Shown: positions 36,226 through 46,878, counted from the stretch's first letter. The stretch is DNA of 47,231 nucleotides from Promethearchaeota archaeon (GCA_011364975.1 RDOE01000018.1:1-47231); one strand, 5' to 3'. A program made the numbers and translations. The notes: a model not told the origin generated them from the sequence alone.

Positions 36226-37665
36226 CTAAATTCGATTTATAATCAATTTAATTAACTCAGTTGTTGCTTCACAATACACTCTCGCTAAAGAATCACTTTT
36301 TGCTTCACTTATTACCCTAATTACTGGCTCTGTATTTGATGGATGAATAAGAATAAACCATTCTTTGTCATGACCAAATCTCAGATCGTTATTAATTCGC
36401 ACAACTTCCTCCCCCTCTTCATTTAAAGCTAGTTTAGTTTCAGAAATAACAAAACTTGTATCAATATTTTCAGTATTAATTAATCTTCTGTGAGAGTAAA
36501 ATTTTGGGAGCTTAGATACTAATTCTGAAACTTTTAGTTCCGTTTTTATTAATATTTCTATAATTTTCGCAGCTGCAAAGATTCCATCTCTTGTATTATT
36601 AAATAATGGGAATATAATACCCCCGCATGATCCTTCACCGCCAAATACTAAACTTTTCTTCTTTGCTTCTTTATTTTTGTTTAATATTTTGGTTATCTCA
36701 TTTGATAGGAAAACTTCTCCAATAGGGGTTCTTATAACTTGAGCATTATAAGTATCAGCAATAACTTCAAACATTAAAGATGAAGCTATATTAGTTACGA
36801 AAATTATCTTTTCATTATCTTGATTAATATTTTTTAAATAATAGTCCATGATGAGAGCTAAACCAATGTCTTCGGGATAGCAAGTTCCATCGTCACCAAC
36901 AATTGCTAGTCTATCGGCATCACTATCATGAGCAAATCCGATATCGTATTTTCCTTGCCAAACTTCCATGATTAAATCTTTTAAATTTTTTCGGACTGGT
37001 TCAATCTCTCTTGGAAAAGAACTTTTTAAAATGAATTCATTATTAATTAATTTAACCTTGCATCCAAGTTCTTGGAGTAGTTGGGGGGTAACTATTTTTC
37101 CAGCCCCTGCCCCGGTGTCAATTACAACTTTAAGCTTGTTCCGCTCTTTTAAGGTTTTAAAATCAATATAATTTTTTAAATCCTCTCTATAATGCGGAAC
37201 AGGATTGAAATAAGTCGTTCTTCGTTTTATCTCTGAGCTTTTAACTTTATAATCTTTTATCGAAATAGTCTTCATTAAATTAGAAATCTTCGATATATCC
37301 TCATTACTCAAATAACCTTCTGAATTAAGAAGTTTAATGCCATTCCATTTTTGTGAATTATGCGAACCTGTGATAATTATTCCTGCAGGTATATTGTTTA
37401 TGGTTTTTGCATGAAAGATAACTGGAGTAGGAATTATACCAACATTTACTACTTCAAAACCTGTAGTAATTAGTCCTTCAATTATACCTTTCTCGAGATA
37501 TTCTCCGCTTGGGCGAGTATCTCTCCCTAAAATGATCTTCCTTTCATTCTCTTTATAATATTGACCAAAAGCGATTGCTAATTTTTTTGCCACTTCATAA
37601 TTAAGATGTTTTCCTACAACCCCCCTAATTCCACTGAAAGTAAAAATTAAATTCTCCTTTATCAT
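36226..37665 (-). CDS. Phosphohexomutase (PGM/PMM/GlmM family)
   Basis: SGIRG, GRDTRPSG, TGSHN phosphoserine loop, DSDADR metal loop, PSNTEPVIRV. Confidence 0.92.
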   Translation of the reverse strand: MIKENLIFTFSGIRGVVGKHLNYEVAKKLAIAFGQYYKENERKIILGRDTRPSGEYLEKGIIEGLITTGFEVVNVGIIPTPVIFHAKTINNIPAGIIITGSHNSQKWNGIKLLNSEGYLSNEDISKISNLMKTISIKDYKVKSSEIKRRTTYFNPVPHYREDLKNYIDFKTLKERNKLKVVIDTGAGAGKIVTPQLLQELGCKVKLINNEFILKSSFPREIEPVRKNLKDLIMEVWQGKYDIGFAHDSDADRLAIVGDDGTCYPEDIGLALIMDYYLKNINQDNEKIIFVTNIASSLMFEVIADTYNAQVIRTPIGEVFLSNEITKILNKNKEAKKKSLVFGGEGSCGGIIFPLFNNTRDGIFAAAKIIEILIKTELKVSELVSKLPKFYSHRRLINTENIDTSFVISETKLALNEEGEEVVRINNDLRFGHDKEWFILIHPSNTEPVIRVISEAKSDSLARVYCEATTELIKLIINRI

Positions 37666-37685
37666 AATTTAATGCCAAATAAAAT

Positions 37686-38687
37686 TTAAGAAATAATTGG
37701 ATTTCCTTCTAATTTATATTTCACCAAAACTAGGGCACCTCTTAAACCAATATTTTCTAAATATTTAGTTTTCTTAATTTTAGGGGGGCGATTGATGGTA
37801 AACAAGAGAGGATCATTTTCAAATTGATCTATAATCGGCGGTAATATGAGATCATGATCTTTTAACATAGCTCCACCAAAATAAATAGCTTTACAATCAT
37901 AAAAGTTATTAATTAAACCTACTCCAACTTTTGTAAAATAGATGCATTGATCTACAATACTTTTAGAAAACTTATCTGCGCCACGAGCCGCTTGGAAAAT
38001 TTCCTTAGCGGTTAATTTCGTTAAATCATTATCAATCATGTACATCAATATTTTTGAACTTAAATTAGTTTTTTTTATAGCTTCAAGAGCGCGATTCCTT
38101 ACTCCCGTTCCTGAACTGTATACTTCCCAGCATCCAAATGCCCCACAATTGCATTGAAAACTACTTTGGGGATTTACTAATCCATGTCCAATTTCCGCAG
38201 CATTACCATCTTTTCCAAGTAAAAGATGTCCATTGCATATTACACCGCCACCAATTCCTGTTGACATGGTAACATAAACTAGATTATCCTTCTCTTCTTC
38301 TGTGGCTTCGAAATAATGAATTCCCAACGCTGAAGCGTTTGCATCATTTATTATATAAATAGGAATTTCTGTAAAGATTTTTTGCAATGGTTCTTTTAAA
38401 GGAATTACTTTAAAGCCCAAATTTGCATTATTAAAAATCTCTCCCTTTTTGATATCTATTGGTCCAGCAGTAGCGATTCCTATACCGATTAAATCTTCTT
38501 TATTTAAATCATTCTCATATAAGATGCTTGTGATTAATGAGGAAAGCGTTTTACTTATTGATAATTCATCAGCTTTGGGGGTGTTAAGCATTTTAATTTT
38601 GATATTTTGCTCTTTTAAATCTTTTGTGCAGAGCGCCACACGAATCCAAGTACCCCCAATATCTGCTCCTATAATATATTCATACAT
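37686..38687 (-). CDS. ROK-family sugar kinase
   Basis: DIGGT, NDANA, STGIGGG, AEIGH, CNCGAFGCWE; no N-terminal HTH. Confidence 0.92.
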   Translation of the reverse strand: MYEYIIGADIGGTWIRVALCTKDLKEQNIKIKMLNTPKADELSISKTLSSLITSILYENDLNKEDLIGIGIATAGPIDIKKGEIFNNANLGFKVIPLKEPLQKIFTEIPIYIINDANASALGIHYFEATEEEKDNLVYVTMSTGIGGGVICNGHLLLGKDGNAAEIGHGLVNPQSSFQCNCGAFGCWEVYSSGTGVRNRALEAIKKTNLSSKILMYMIDNDLTKLTAKEIFQAARGADKFSKSIVDQCIYFTKVGVGLINNFYDCKAIYFGGAMLKDHDLILPPIIDQFENDPLLFTINRPPKIKKTKYLENIGLRGALVLVKYKLEGNPIIS

Positions 38688-38730
38688 TTTAATCCTTTTT
38701 TTATTAGAATTGAGCTTTTTTCCTTCTTTA

Positions 38731-39519
38731 TTAATAATAATCTATTTTTATTAAATCGTTATTAATAGTTTTTTTAATTATTTTTACAATTTCTCTTTTT
38801 CTTTCTTCATCAATTGCAAATACAAATGGTTCTGATGGAATTCTTGCTATTGAATAAATTTGTATAATATCTGGATTTATTTTTTTTAAAGCATATGCTA
38901 ATTGATTAATATTCTCATTATTGTTATTAGAAATAAAATCTTTTCTATTTGAATTATAAATTAAGCACTGTATTGCTAATTTATTAGGTTTCATTTCTCT
39001 TTTTAGTTTTTCTAATGAGTTTATAATTACATCAAGACTAGGACATTCTTGGTGAGGTTGGTTTGTTTTTTGAAAATCAACATCGACGGCACTATCTAAT
39101 TTTGCTAAGACTAAATCAAAATATTTAACTCTTTCACGAATTTCATCAGAATATAAAGTACTTGAATTTGTAAACAAAGTTATTTGTGGAGGTTTTTTAT
39201 CCCATTTTAGTAAATCTCGTACGTTCTTCGTAATGGTATAAAAATCTAGCAGATTTTCGTTAAGAGTCGGTTCTCCATTATACCCAAGTGTAATTGAGTC
39301 TAGATGAGGTACATATTTCAGAATATCTTTTAACTCTCTTGAATAATTAAAAGATGGAGGGGCTTTTATCCTACATTTAGGAGAAACTACTTTATTTGTT
39401 GGTCCAATTTCGCAATATACACAATTATAAGTACAAAGTTTATTTTTTGGTAAAATATCTACCCCCAAAGAAAGACCAAGACGCCTTGATTTGAATGGAC
39501 CATAAGTATATTGACGCAT
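38731..39519 (-). CDS. Radical SAM protein
   Basis: YGPFKSRRLGLSLGVD, CTYNCVYC, GEPTL. Confidence 0.9.
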   Translation of the reverse strand: MRQYTYGPFKSRRLGLSLGVDILPKNKLCTYNCVYCEIGPTNKVVSPKCRIKAPPSFNYSRELKDILKYVPHLDSITLGYNGEPTLNENLLDFYTITKNVRDLLKWDKKPPQITLFTNSSTLYSDEIRERVKYFDLVLAKLDSAVDVDFQKTNQPHQECPSLDVIINSLEKLKREMKPNKLAIQCLIYNSNRKDFISNNNNENINQLAYALKKINPDIIQIYSIARIPSEPFVFAIDEERKREIVKIIKKTINNDLIKIDYY

Positions 39520-39535
39520 TTCAATATATAAATTT

Positions 39536-40300
39536 TTAATTATAATATTTGTTTATAAAATTCTTTATTGCACTATTTACTTCTTTAGGTTTTTCAATCA
39601 TAACCATATGTCCCGCATCTTGAATGACGCTTATCATTGACTGTTCTATTTTTTTATGAAAAAATTCAGAATATTTGACTGGTGTTAAATTATCTTCATT
39701 TCCAACAATAATTAAACAAGGAACTTCAATCATATGTACTTTATCTAGCATATCGAAATTATTGCAGATAGAAAAATCATTAAATGTGACTTCAGCACTA
39801 ACTTTAGATGCTTCAACCGTTGCCTTTTTAATAAGATCCTTGCTGGTAACGCGAGAAAAAGCTCCTACAAATAAGGTTTCTAAGTATTTTAAATGATTAC
39901 ATTTCAAAGTATCAAGAATATTAGGACTTACTCTTAATCTCCCTCCAGTACCAACTAGAATCAACCCTGTTATCTTATTAGGTGATTGATGATATAAGTT
40001 TTGAATGATTGCTCCTCCTAATGAATGACCTGCTAAAATTACTTCTCGTAACTTTAGTTCTTCCATTAATTTTTTAACAACATTGGTATACAAGTTCAAG
40101 TTGAGCTGTTCGAATTCATCTGATTTACCATGTGATGGTAAATCTAATGCGATTAATTTATAATTAATATCAATCTTAAATTGATCTTTCCAAACTTCGA
40201 AGTTTCCTCCAGAACCATGGATGAAGATTATTGCTTTGTCGATGTCTGGACCTTTTATTTGATAATATATTTTCTTTGTTAAATAATTTAGATAAGAAAT
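39536..40300 (-). CDS. Alpha/beta hydrolase
   Basis: GHSLGG nucleophile, GNEDNLTP, AGHMVMIE. The frame extends 67 codons upstream of the track start through IHGSGG and DLPSHGKS to an ATT at 40300 that follows GGGAGA. Confidence 0.88.
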   Translation of the reverse strand: MSYLNYLTKKIYYQIKGPDIDKAIIFIHGSGGNFEVWKDQFKIDINYKLIALDLPSHGKSDEFEQLNLNLYTNVVKKLMEELKLREVILAGHSLGGAIIQNLYHQSPNKITGLILVGTGGRLRVSPNILDTLKCNHLKYLETLFVGAFSRVTSKDLIKKATVEASKVSAEVTFNDFSICNNFDMLDKVHMIEVPCLIIVGNEDNLTPVKYSEFFHKKIEQSMISVIQDAGHMVMIEKPKEVNSAIKNFINKYYN

Positions 40301-40401
40301 CTTTTATCTCCCTAATTTAAGAATTCTTTAATATAATAATTAAAAGAAACTAAATTAATTTTCTTAATATATGAAATAGAATTACCATTAGTTATCAAAA
40401 T

Positions 40402-42912
40402 TTAATTTTGGGCTTCAATATCTCGATGTTGCATTTCTAAGAGGCGTTTATATTTTCCGTCTAGTTTTAGAAGCGAATCATGTGTTCCTTGTTCTACTAT
40501 CCCCTTTTTCTCGGAACTTAACACTATGATACGATCAGCATTCTTTATAGTTGAGAGTCTGTGAGCAATGATGATAGTCGTTCTTCCCTTTCTCGCTTTA
40601 TCCAAAGCATCTTGAATTAAGGTTTCAGTATAAGGATCTACAGAAGAAGTCGCTTCATCTAAAATTAGAATTTTAGGGTCAGTTATCAACGCCCTTGCAA
40701 ATGCAATAAGCTGTCGTTGTCCTATAGATATGTTGGATGCATTCTCTTTTAATTTTGTATCATATTTCTTATGCAAAGCTTCAATAAAATTATGTAATCC
40801 TAAAAATTTTGAAACTTCTAACATTTTTTTCTCTATTTCAGGTGTGATTTCATCAAACGCATAAAGTAAATTCTCTTTAATTGTGCCTGTAAAAAGAAAT
40901 GCATCTTGAGGCACCAAACCAATCAAATTTCGAAGCTGTTCTTTACTTATCTCTCGAATATTAACGCTATCTAACTTAATACTACCTTTATTAATATCGT
41001 AAAAGCGCGAGATTAATTTGATTATTGTTGTCTTGCCTGCTCCCGTTTCTCCAACAATAGCAATCGTTTTTCCATTAGGAATCTCTAAGGTAACATCGTT
41101 TAAAACAAAACCTGTTGAATGTTCACGTTGAACAATTTTCCTCTCTTCTTCAATAGCATCAATAACTATTTTTGGGATTTGAGCATAAATATCATCAGGA
41201 ATTTTAATTCTAGCTAGCATCTTTGTCATATTTTGTGGAGAAATTTGATTTATTCCCCCACTTACCATTCCTGACCCTTCACTTTGCAATCCACTAGCGG
41301 AATTTTGCTGAAATAAGCCTTTACGCCTTAAATTGCTCTCAAGCAACTTAGACATTTGTAAAATTGCTTCAGTAGGAATAATTGGTAACTTTATATCGAC
41401 TGAACGCTGATCCACAGATGGAAATGTTGTTTTGAGTTGTGGATTCTTTCTAGCACTCTCTGAATTTGGAATTGCATACCCAAATTCTGCTAAAATATGA
41501 TCAATGATTTCTGATACCTGTTCAGGTTTCTTTCCCATTAAATTAATGAATAACTTATCTCTTAAATTCTGAGGGAAGTTAATCGCATTTTTCAATATGA
41601 AAGATGAATATGGCTGAGGAAATAATTTTATAATCCCTATTAATTCTTGTAATATTGGATTGTCTGAATTAAGTTGTGATTTTTCCTTGATTGGCTTTCT
41701 CTCTTTAGATTTTGAACCAAGATTTATCAACTGATTCTCATCTATATTATATCCAAAACTAACAGAATCAAATTCAATTGTTCCCTCTACATTTTCTATT
41801 ATTTTTGGATTATCTATATCAGGGATTTCCACTTTTTCCTCCAATAAGGTATAAATTCTATCACTTGCCGCTAAAGCTGCCGCAGTGACTTCTTGGATTT
41901 GCATGAGTGTCATGAATGGTCTAAAAAATTGTCCTAATATTGAAATATATGCACTCAATACACCAACCGTAACCGGAATCCCTAAGATGGTAACATGTCC
42001 AAGAACCGTGAAACCACCCGCCAATAATACTCCTGCAGTTAAAATTGACGTGGATAAAGTAATTAGAGGGAAAATTGTAGCCATAAATTTTCGTATTTTA
42101 AGCATTGCGTTATAATTTGCTGTATTTGCTCTATCAAATTCACTAGAAGCTCTCTTCTGCTGACCATAAGCTTGAACTACTTTAGCTCCCGCAACATTCT
42201 CTTGAATTGAGGATGTAACACTCCCGATAGTCTTTCTTGATTCTTTAAATAAATTCATAGCGACTTTTCTAAATAAGTATGTGATAATAAAAAAGATTGG
42301 GAATACAATCATAGAAATTAATGCAAGATATACATTTAATAGATACATGATAAGGACTGTAAGACTTAAACTGACAATACTGGAAATAATTTGAACAAAT
42401 TGTCCCCCGACTAGCTGATTTAAAAGCGTAACGTCATTTGTAGTGATGGAAATAATATCACCAGAAGAACGTAGGTCAAAATAACTTAAGGACATATCCT
42501 GTAACTTAAAGAATAAATCATTTCTTATTTCGAAAGTAATTTTTTGAGATATTTTCCCCATTCCGTATTGGGAGTAATAAGTACCTATAGCCATGATAAC
42601 GAGCAGTGAAAAATAAAAAGTGCTCATAAAAACAATATAATAACTATTTTTAGCTATAATACCGTTATCTATAATACTTGCTGAAATTATAGGGGTTATG
42701 GAAGAAATTAGCGTACCAATAAGTAGTAATACTAAATATATCATAAATTTACTGCGAAAAGGCTTTATATAAGAAAATATCCATTTCCATAACTCTTTCC
42801 GTGGGTGTATTAATTTTGATTTCTCCCCTTCCATGAAGAATCGGGGCCGTGAACTTGCACTAGGTTGTATTATCTCTTTATCTTCTTCATTATTTAAATC
42901 CTTTTTACTCAA
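40402..42912 (-). CDS. ABC exporter half (TMD-NBD) with ~210-aa insertion in the NBD
   Basis: 6-TM domain, GETGAGKT, ISIGQRQ, LDEATS, IAHRLS. Confidence 0.9.
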   Translation of the reverse strand: MSKKDLNNEEDKEIIQPSASSRPRFFMEGEKSKLIHPRKELWKWIFSYIKPFRSKFMIYLVLLLIGTLISSITPIISASIIDNGIIAKNSYYIVFMSTFYFSLLVIMAIGTYYSQYGMGKISQKITFEIRNDLFFKLQDMSLSYFDLRSSGDIISITTNDVTLLNQLVGGQFVQIISSIVSLSLTVLIMYLLNVYLALISMIVFPIFFIITYLFRKVAMNLFKESRKTIGSVTSSIQENVAGAKVVQAYGQQKRASSEFDRANTANYNAMLKIRKFMATIFPLITLSTSILTAGVLLAGGFTVLGHVTILGIPVTVGVLSAYISILGQFFRPFMTLMQIQEVTAAALAASDRIYTLLEEKVEIPDIDNPKIIENVEGTIEFDSVSFGYNIDENQLINLGSKSKERKPIKEKSQLNSDNPILQELIGIIKLFPQPYSSFILKNAINFPQNLRDKLFINLMGKKPEQVSEIIDHILAEFGYAIPNSESARKNPQLKTTFPSVDQRSVDIKLPIIPTEAILQMSKLLESNLRRKGLFQQNSASGLQSEGSGMVSGGINQISPQNMTKMLARIKIPDDIYAQIPKIVIDAIEEERKIVQREHSTGFVLNDVTLEIPNGKTIAIVGETGAGKTTIIKLISRFYDINKGSIKLDSVNIREISKEQLRNLIGLVPQDAFLFTGTIKENLLYAFDEITPEIEKKMLEVSKFLGLHNFIEALHKKYDTKLKENASNISIGQRQLIAFARALITDPKILILDEATSSVDPYTETLIQDALDKARKGRTTIIIAHRLSTIKNADRIIVLSSEKKGIVEQGTHDSLLKLDGKYKRLLEMQHRDIEAQN

Positions 42913-44734
42913 TAGTTAACACCCCAGTTTGAATTTTGGATTTTTGTTTATAATATAAAGTTTCATAAATTTGCTTATATAACACATTTGAAGCAATTAA
43001 TTCATGATGATTCCCAAAACCTACCACACGCCCTCTATCTAATATTAATATTAAATCTGCATTTCGGATTGTAGAAATTCTCTGTGTAATAATGATGGTT
43101 GTAGTGTCTTTCATTATGCTCGCTAAAGCTTCTTGAATGTTGTATTCTGTCTCTACATCCACAGAACTAGTTGAATCGTCAAAAATTAAAATTTTAGGTT
43201 TTATTAACAAAGCTCTAGCAATGGATAAACGTTGTTTTTGACCTCCAGATAATCGAGTCCCACGTTCTCCTACTACAGAATCGTATCCTTTAGGTAAAGA
43301 CATTATAAAATCATGTAAGTCTGCTATTTTAGCTGCATTTATTACTTCTTCTAATTTTGCTCCTTCTTTTCCATAGGCGATATTTTCAAATATGGATTTA
43401 TTAAACAAAAAGGTTTCTTGAGATACGATTCCAATATTACGGCGTAAATCCTTTAAAAGATATCTTTTAATATCCATACGGTCTATTCTTATTCTTCCCT
43501 CATTAATATCATAAAAACGAGGAATAAGATTTATAATTGTAGACTTACCTGAACCAGTTGTACCTAAAATAGCCATAGTTTTGCCTGCAGGAAGTTTAAA
43601 CGAAATTTCCTTTAAAATCTTATTATCGGGGATATACCCAAATGAAACATTATCAAATTCAATATCACCATTTATAAATTTAATTGGCAAAGCATCAGGT
43701 AGGTCTTCTATTTCTGGAGAGGATTCAAGTACTTCCCTTACACGTGTTAATGCCGCATCTGCTTGAATATAAATTAACATTATCTGGCCTAACATCATTA
43801 AAGGAAAGCCCAGAGCTGCTATATAGGATTGCAAAGTTATAATTGTTTGCAAATCCATTGTTCCTTCAATAACCCAAATACCTCCAAGGAAAAAGGTGAT
43901 AATCGTCATAAAGCCTATTATCACATAGATCAAAGGCATATACATTGAATTAAATCTTACAGAATCTACACTTGCCTTATAAAATCTTTTATTATTTTTT
44001 GAAAATTTTAATCTCTCTTTTTGCTGAGTATTAAATATTCTCACAACCTCTGCTCCTATTATATTTTCTCTTATTGTATTAGTTAATTCACCAAAACTCT
44101 CTCTTGTTTCTAAAAAGATAGGTTTTAGTTTTTTAGCGATATAATAAGATATACTGAGTGAAATGATGAAAGTAATGATTAAGAATGCAGATAATTGTAG
44201 ATTGAAAAATAGAAATCCTATTAAGATTCCAATCAATTGAAGCGATGATTGTAAACCAACAGTTAAGCCGAAACCAAAAATCTGTTGTGTTTCTTCGATA
44301 TCACTGGTCGCTCTTGCGATTAATTGTCCCGTTTCAGTTTTATCAAAATATGAAAAAGATTGGCGCGAAATAGCATTACTTATATCATTTCGAAGATAAT
44401 AGATTGCTCGTGATGAAACCTCTGCTCCTCTTAATCTTGCAGCCCTATTTGAGATATAGGTTAAAAACGCAAACATGACTACTAAAAGAAAATTGATAAT
44501 TAACTGAAAGACAGTTGTATTTAATGAGTTATTAGGATCAAGACTACCGACAATTCTACCTATGAATACAGGAGTTAAAGTATAGAAAATAGTTGATAAT
44601 GTCAAAAAGCTAATTTCTAGAATAAAATCTTTTCTCGATTTTAACCAATATTTAAATATCATTCTTGCAGAATTCAATTTTATACCCTTGGTTTCATTTT
44701 TGATTCTAATTGCTAATCTTAAGCTCTCGTACAA
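42905..44734 (-). CDS. ABC exporter half (TMD-NBD), degenerate-site subunit of a heterodimer
   Basis: GTTGSGKS, LSGGQKQR, Walker B FDDSTS (catalytic E replaced by D), H-loop ITQR (H replaced by Q), a TM287-like pattern. Confidence 0.9.
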   Translation of the reverse strand: MYESLRLAIRIKNETKGIKLNSARMIFKYWLKSRKDFILEISFLTLSTIFYTLTPVFIGRIVGSLDPNNSLNTTVFQLIINFLLVVMFAFLTYISNRAARLRGAEVSSRAIYYLRNDISNAISRQSFSYFDKTETGQLIARATSDIEETQQIFGFGLTVGLQSSLQLIGILIGFLFFNLQLSAFLIITFIISLSISYYIAKKLKPIFLETRESFGELTNTIRENIIGAEVVRIFNTQQKERLKFSKNNKRFYKASVDSVRFNSMYMPLIYVIIGFMTIITFFLGGIWVIEGTMDLQTIITLQSYIAALGFPLMMLGQIMLIYIQADAALTRVREVLESSPEIEDLPDALPIKFINGDIEFDNVSFGYIPDNKILKEISFKLPAGKTMAILGTTGSGKSTIINLIPRFYDINEGRIRIDRMDIKRYLLKDLRRNIGIVSQETFLFNKSIFENIAYGKEGAKLEEVINAAKIADLHDFIMSLPKGYDSVVGERGTRLSGGQKQRLSIARALLIKPKILIFDDSTSSVDVETEYNIQEALASIMKDTTTIIITQRISTIRNADLILILDRGRVVGFGNHHELIASNVLYKQIYETLYYKQKSKIQTGVLTIE

Positions 44735-44745
44735 AAAATATTTAT

Positions 44746-45540
44746 CTATTGACTAACTTCCATCTTATTAAATGATCTTGCACCAATGAATATCAATAAT
44801 GCTCCAAAACCAACAGTTACAGTTAGATCAAGCCAAAATGGATAATATGAAACACCAAGCAAAGTTAATCTAAATAAATCAACGCTATAAGTAAAAGGAT
44901 TAAGCATCAATATAATTTGTAAGGAGGATGGAAATGCTATTAAAGCTCCCGATAACCAAAACATAGGCATAACAATAAATGTTTGGATTAAGCCAAAGGA
45001 CTGCATATCACTCAAGCGAGTACTAATAATTAATCCAATTCCAACCACACCTAGGCTGGCCAATAACGAAACGGGAATAATTAACATTATACGCCAAATT
45101 AAATTGAGATCATATCCAAAATATCCAATCGCAACACTTAAAATAATTATGGTAACTACTTGTATTACCGTTTGTAACGCTACTCCTAAAGTTCTTCCTA
45201 ACATTAACGTTCCTCGGCTAACTGGGGCAACTAATAATTCTTTCATAAAACCAAACATTTTATCTCTAAAAATTGACATGCCCCCAAATATACCTGTAAA
45301 TAATATTACAATAGCCGCCATTCCTGAAGCCACAAAAGCTCTAGGATTAACAATTATCCCTTGAATAGTAACTGGACTTGATGAAAAACCCGCCCCAAAC
45401 ACAAATAAAAACAATAAACCCTGTGCTAGTGATGAAATAATTCTTGATTTGCTTCTCCAATAACCTATTAATTCTCTTTTTGCTAAAATCCACACTACAC
45501 TATAATTCATTTTTGTTCTTAACACTTTTGATTCTAACAT
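44746..45540 (-). CDS. ABC-2 type permease
   Basis: GFMKELLVAPVSR, PMFWLSGA, NPFTYSVD; about 6 TM helices. Confidence 0.9.
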   Translation of the reverse strand: MLESKVLRTKMNYSVVWILAKRELIGYWRSKSRIISSLAQGLLFLFVFGAGFSSSPVTIQGIIVNPRAFVASGMAAIVILFTGIFGGMSIFRDKMFGFMKELLVAPVSRGTLMLGRTLGVALQTVIQVVTIIILSVAIGYFGYDLNLIWRIMLIIPVSLLASLGVVGIGLIISTRLSDMQSFGLIQTFIVMPMFWLSGALIAFPSSLQIILMLNPFTYSVDLFRLTLLGVSYYPFWLDLTVTVGFGALLIFIGARSFNKMEVSQ

Positions 45541-45546
45541 CTAATC

Positions 45547-46878
45547 TCACTTCCTCAATTGCCTCATTTGAATCATTTTTTTAACATCTTTTGATAGATT
45601 TGAAGATTCTTCTCGAATTGCAGTCCCAACATAATGAAGGAACACATCCTCCAAGGTAGGTTGATGCATATTTACAGTTTTGATAATTAAATTACTTTCA
45701 TTTACTTCATGGATAATGAGTGGTAATTGTTTACCACCATTCTCACATGAGATCGATATTGAAGGCTCATTATTATTTTCGTCCTCGATAAGCTCGCCCT
45801 TTTTTATTTTTATTAGTTCTTCCTTTATGTTATCTGGAACCTCTTCTATAAGTTTTTCATCAAACATGTTTGCAATCTGCTTTTTCATGGCTAAAGGAGC
45901 ATTAAGGAACATATTCGCAGCCATCGGCATTTTTTTCCAAGCCATAAGTAATTTGTTAGGGTCTGATAAGATGTCTCGCATTCTGGCTTTTATCATTTCG
46001 GGATCAATATTAGGCATCCCTTTAGGGAGTTGAATATCAGGTATCATTTCCTGTGTACTATCAGCAGTTCCAAACCTTACGTTTTTCACGCCAGATATTC
46101 CTTTAATTTTATTTATGAGCATAGGTACTTTAAATCTATCTTCTAATGACTCAAACTGGATGTCAATAACATCTCCAGATATTTGTTTCTTTAAATTTTC
46201 AGATGTGTCCATTGCAATTATTTTTCCATGATCCATAATACAAATTCTATCTGCAAGAATATCTGCCTCTTCCATGTAATGAGTCGTAATTAAAATAGTC
46301 ATTTTGGAATTACCTTCATTTAATTCCTTAATTTTATCCCAAATCTTTCTACGAGTTTGGGGATCCAAACCTAATGTGGGTTCATCAAGAAATAAGACCT
46401 TTGGTTCATGAATTAACCCTCTCGCAATTTCCAAGCGTCTTTTCATTCCTCCAGAATAATTCTTCACTAAGGTATTTGCTTTATCCTCAAGATCTACTAA
46501 TTTTAAAACTTCTTTGATCTTTAATTGTCGTTCCTTCTTTGGCATTCCGTATAAAACTGCATGTAATTCCAAATTTTCCCAACCTTTCATTTCACTATCT
46601 AATGATGGTTCTTGAAAGACAATACCAATACTTTTTCTAACCTTATCTGGGTCCTCATTAACATTAAAATTATTAACAATAACTTCCCCTTGTGTAGAAG
46701 ATAATAGAGTTGCAAGAACACTTATAGTAGTGGTTTTTCCTGCACCATTTGGGCCTAATAATGCAAATATCTCCCCTTCTTTAATGTTAAAGTTAATATT
46801 ATCTACAGCTTTCACATTTCCAACTTCATATATCTTAGTGAAATTTTTTACTTCAATTATATTTCCATTCAAATTCAA
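45547..46878 (-). CDS. ABC-2 (DrrA-like) ATP-binding protein with Met/Pro-rich insertion
   Basis: GPNGAGKT, YSGGMKRR, LDEPTLGLD, TTHYMEEA, C-terminal PTLEDVFL. Confidence 0.92.
   Translation of the reverse strand: MNLNGNIIEVKNFTKIYEVGNVKAVDNINFNIKEGEIFALLGPNGAGKTTTISVLATLLSSTQGEVIVNNFNVNEDPDKVRKSIGIVFQEPSLDSEMKGWENLELHAVLYGMPKKERQLKIKEVLKLVDLEDKANTLVKNYSGGMKRRLEIARGLIHEPKVLFLDEPTLGLDPQTRRKIWDKIKELNEGNSKMTILITTHYMEEADILADRICIMDHGKIIAMDTSENLKKQISGDVIDIQFESLEDRFKVPMLINKIKGISGVKNVRFGTADSTQEMIPDIQLPKGMPNIDPEMIKARMRDILSDPNKLLMAWKKMPMAANMFLNAPLAMKKQIANMFDEKLIEEVPDNIKEELIKIKKGELIEDENNNEPSISISCENGGKQLPLIIHEVNESNLIIKTVNMHQPTLEDVFLHYVGTAIREESSNLSKDVKKMIQMRQLRK

Noticed and set aside
41107-41748. ABC NBD insertion as an intein
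   Set aside because: No N-terminal Cys/Ser block, no C-terminal His-Asn followed by Cys/Ser/Thr, and no LAGLIDADG motifs.
1634-46033. Numerous short overlapping or antisense ORFs in the track (e.g. 5600-5902, 7437-7727, 12843-13070, 23694-23924, 24165-24545, 30680-31033, 45680-46033)
   Set aside because: They overlap well-supported genes, have no recognisable motifs and look like shadow frames.
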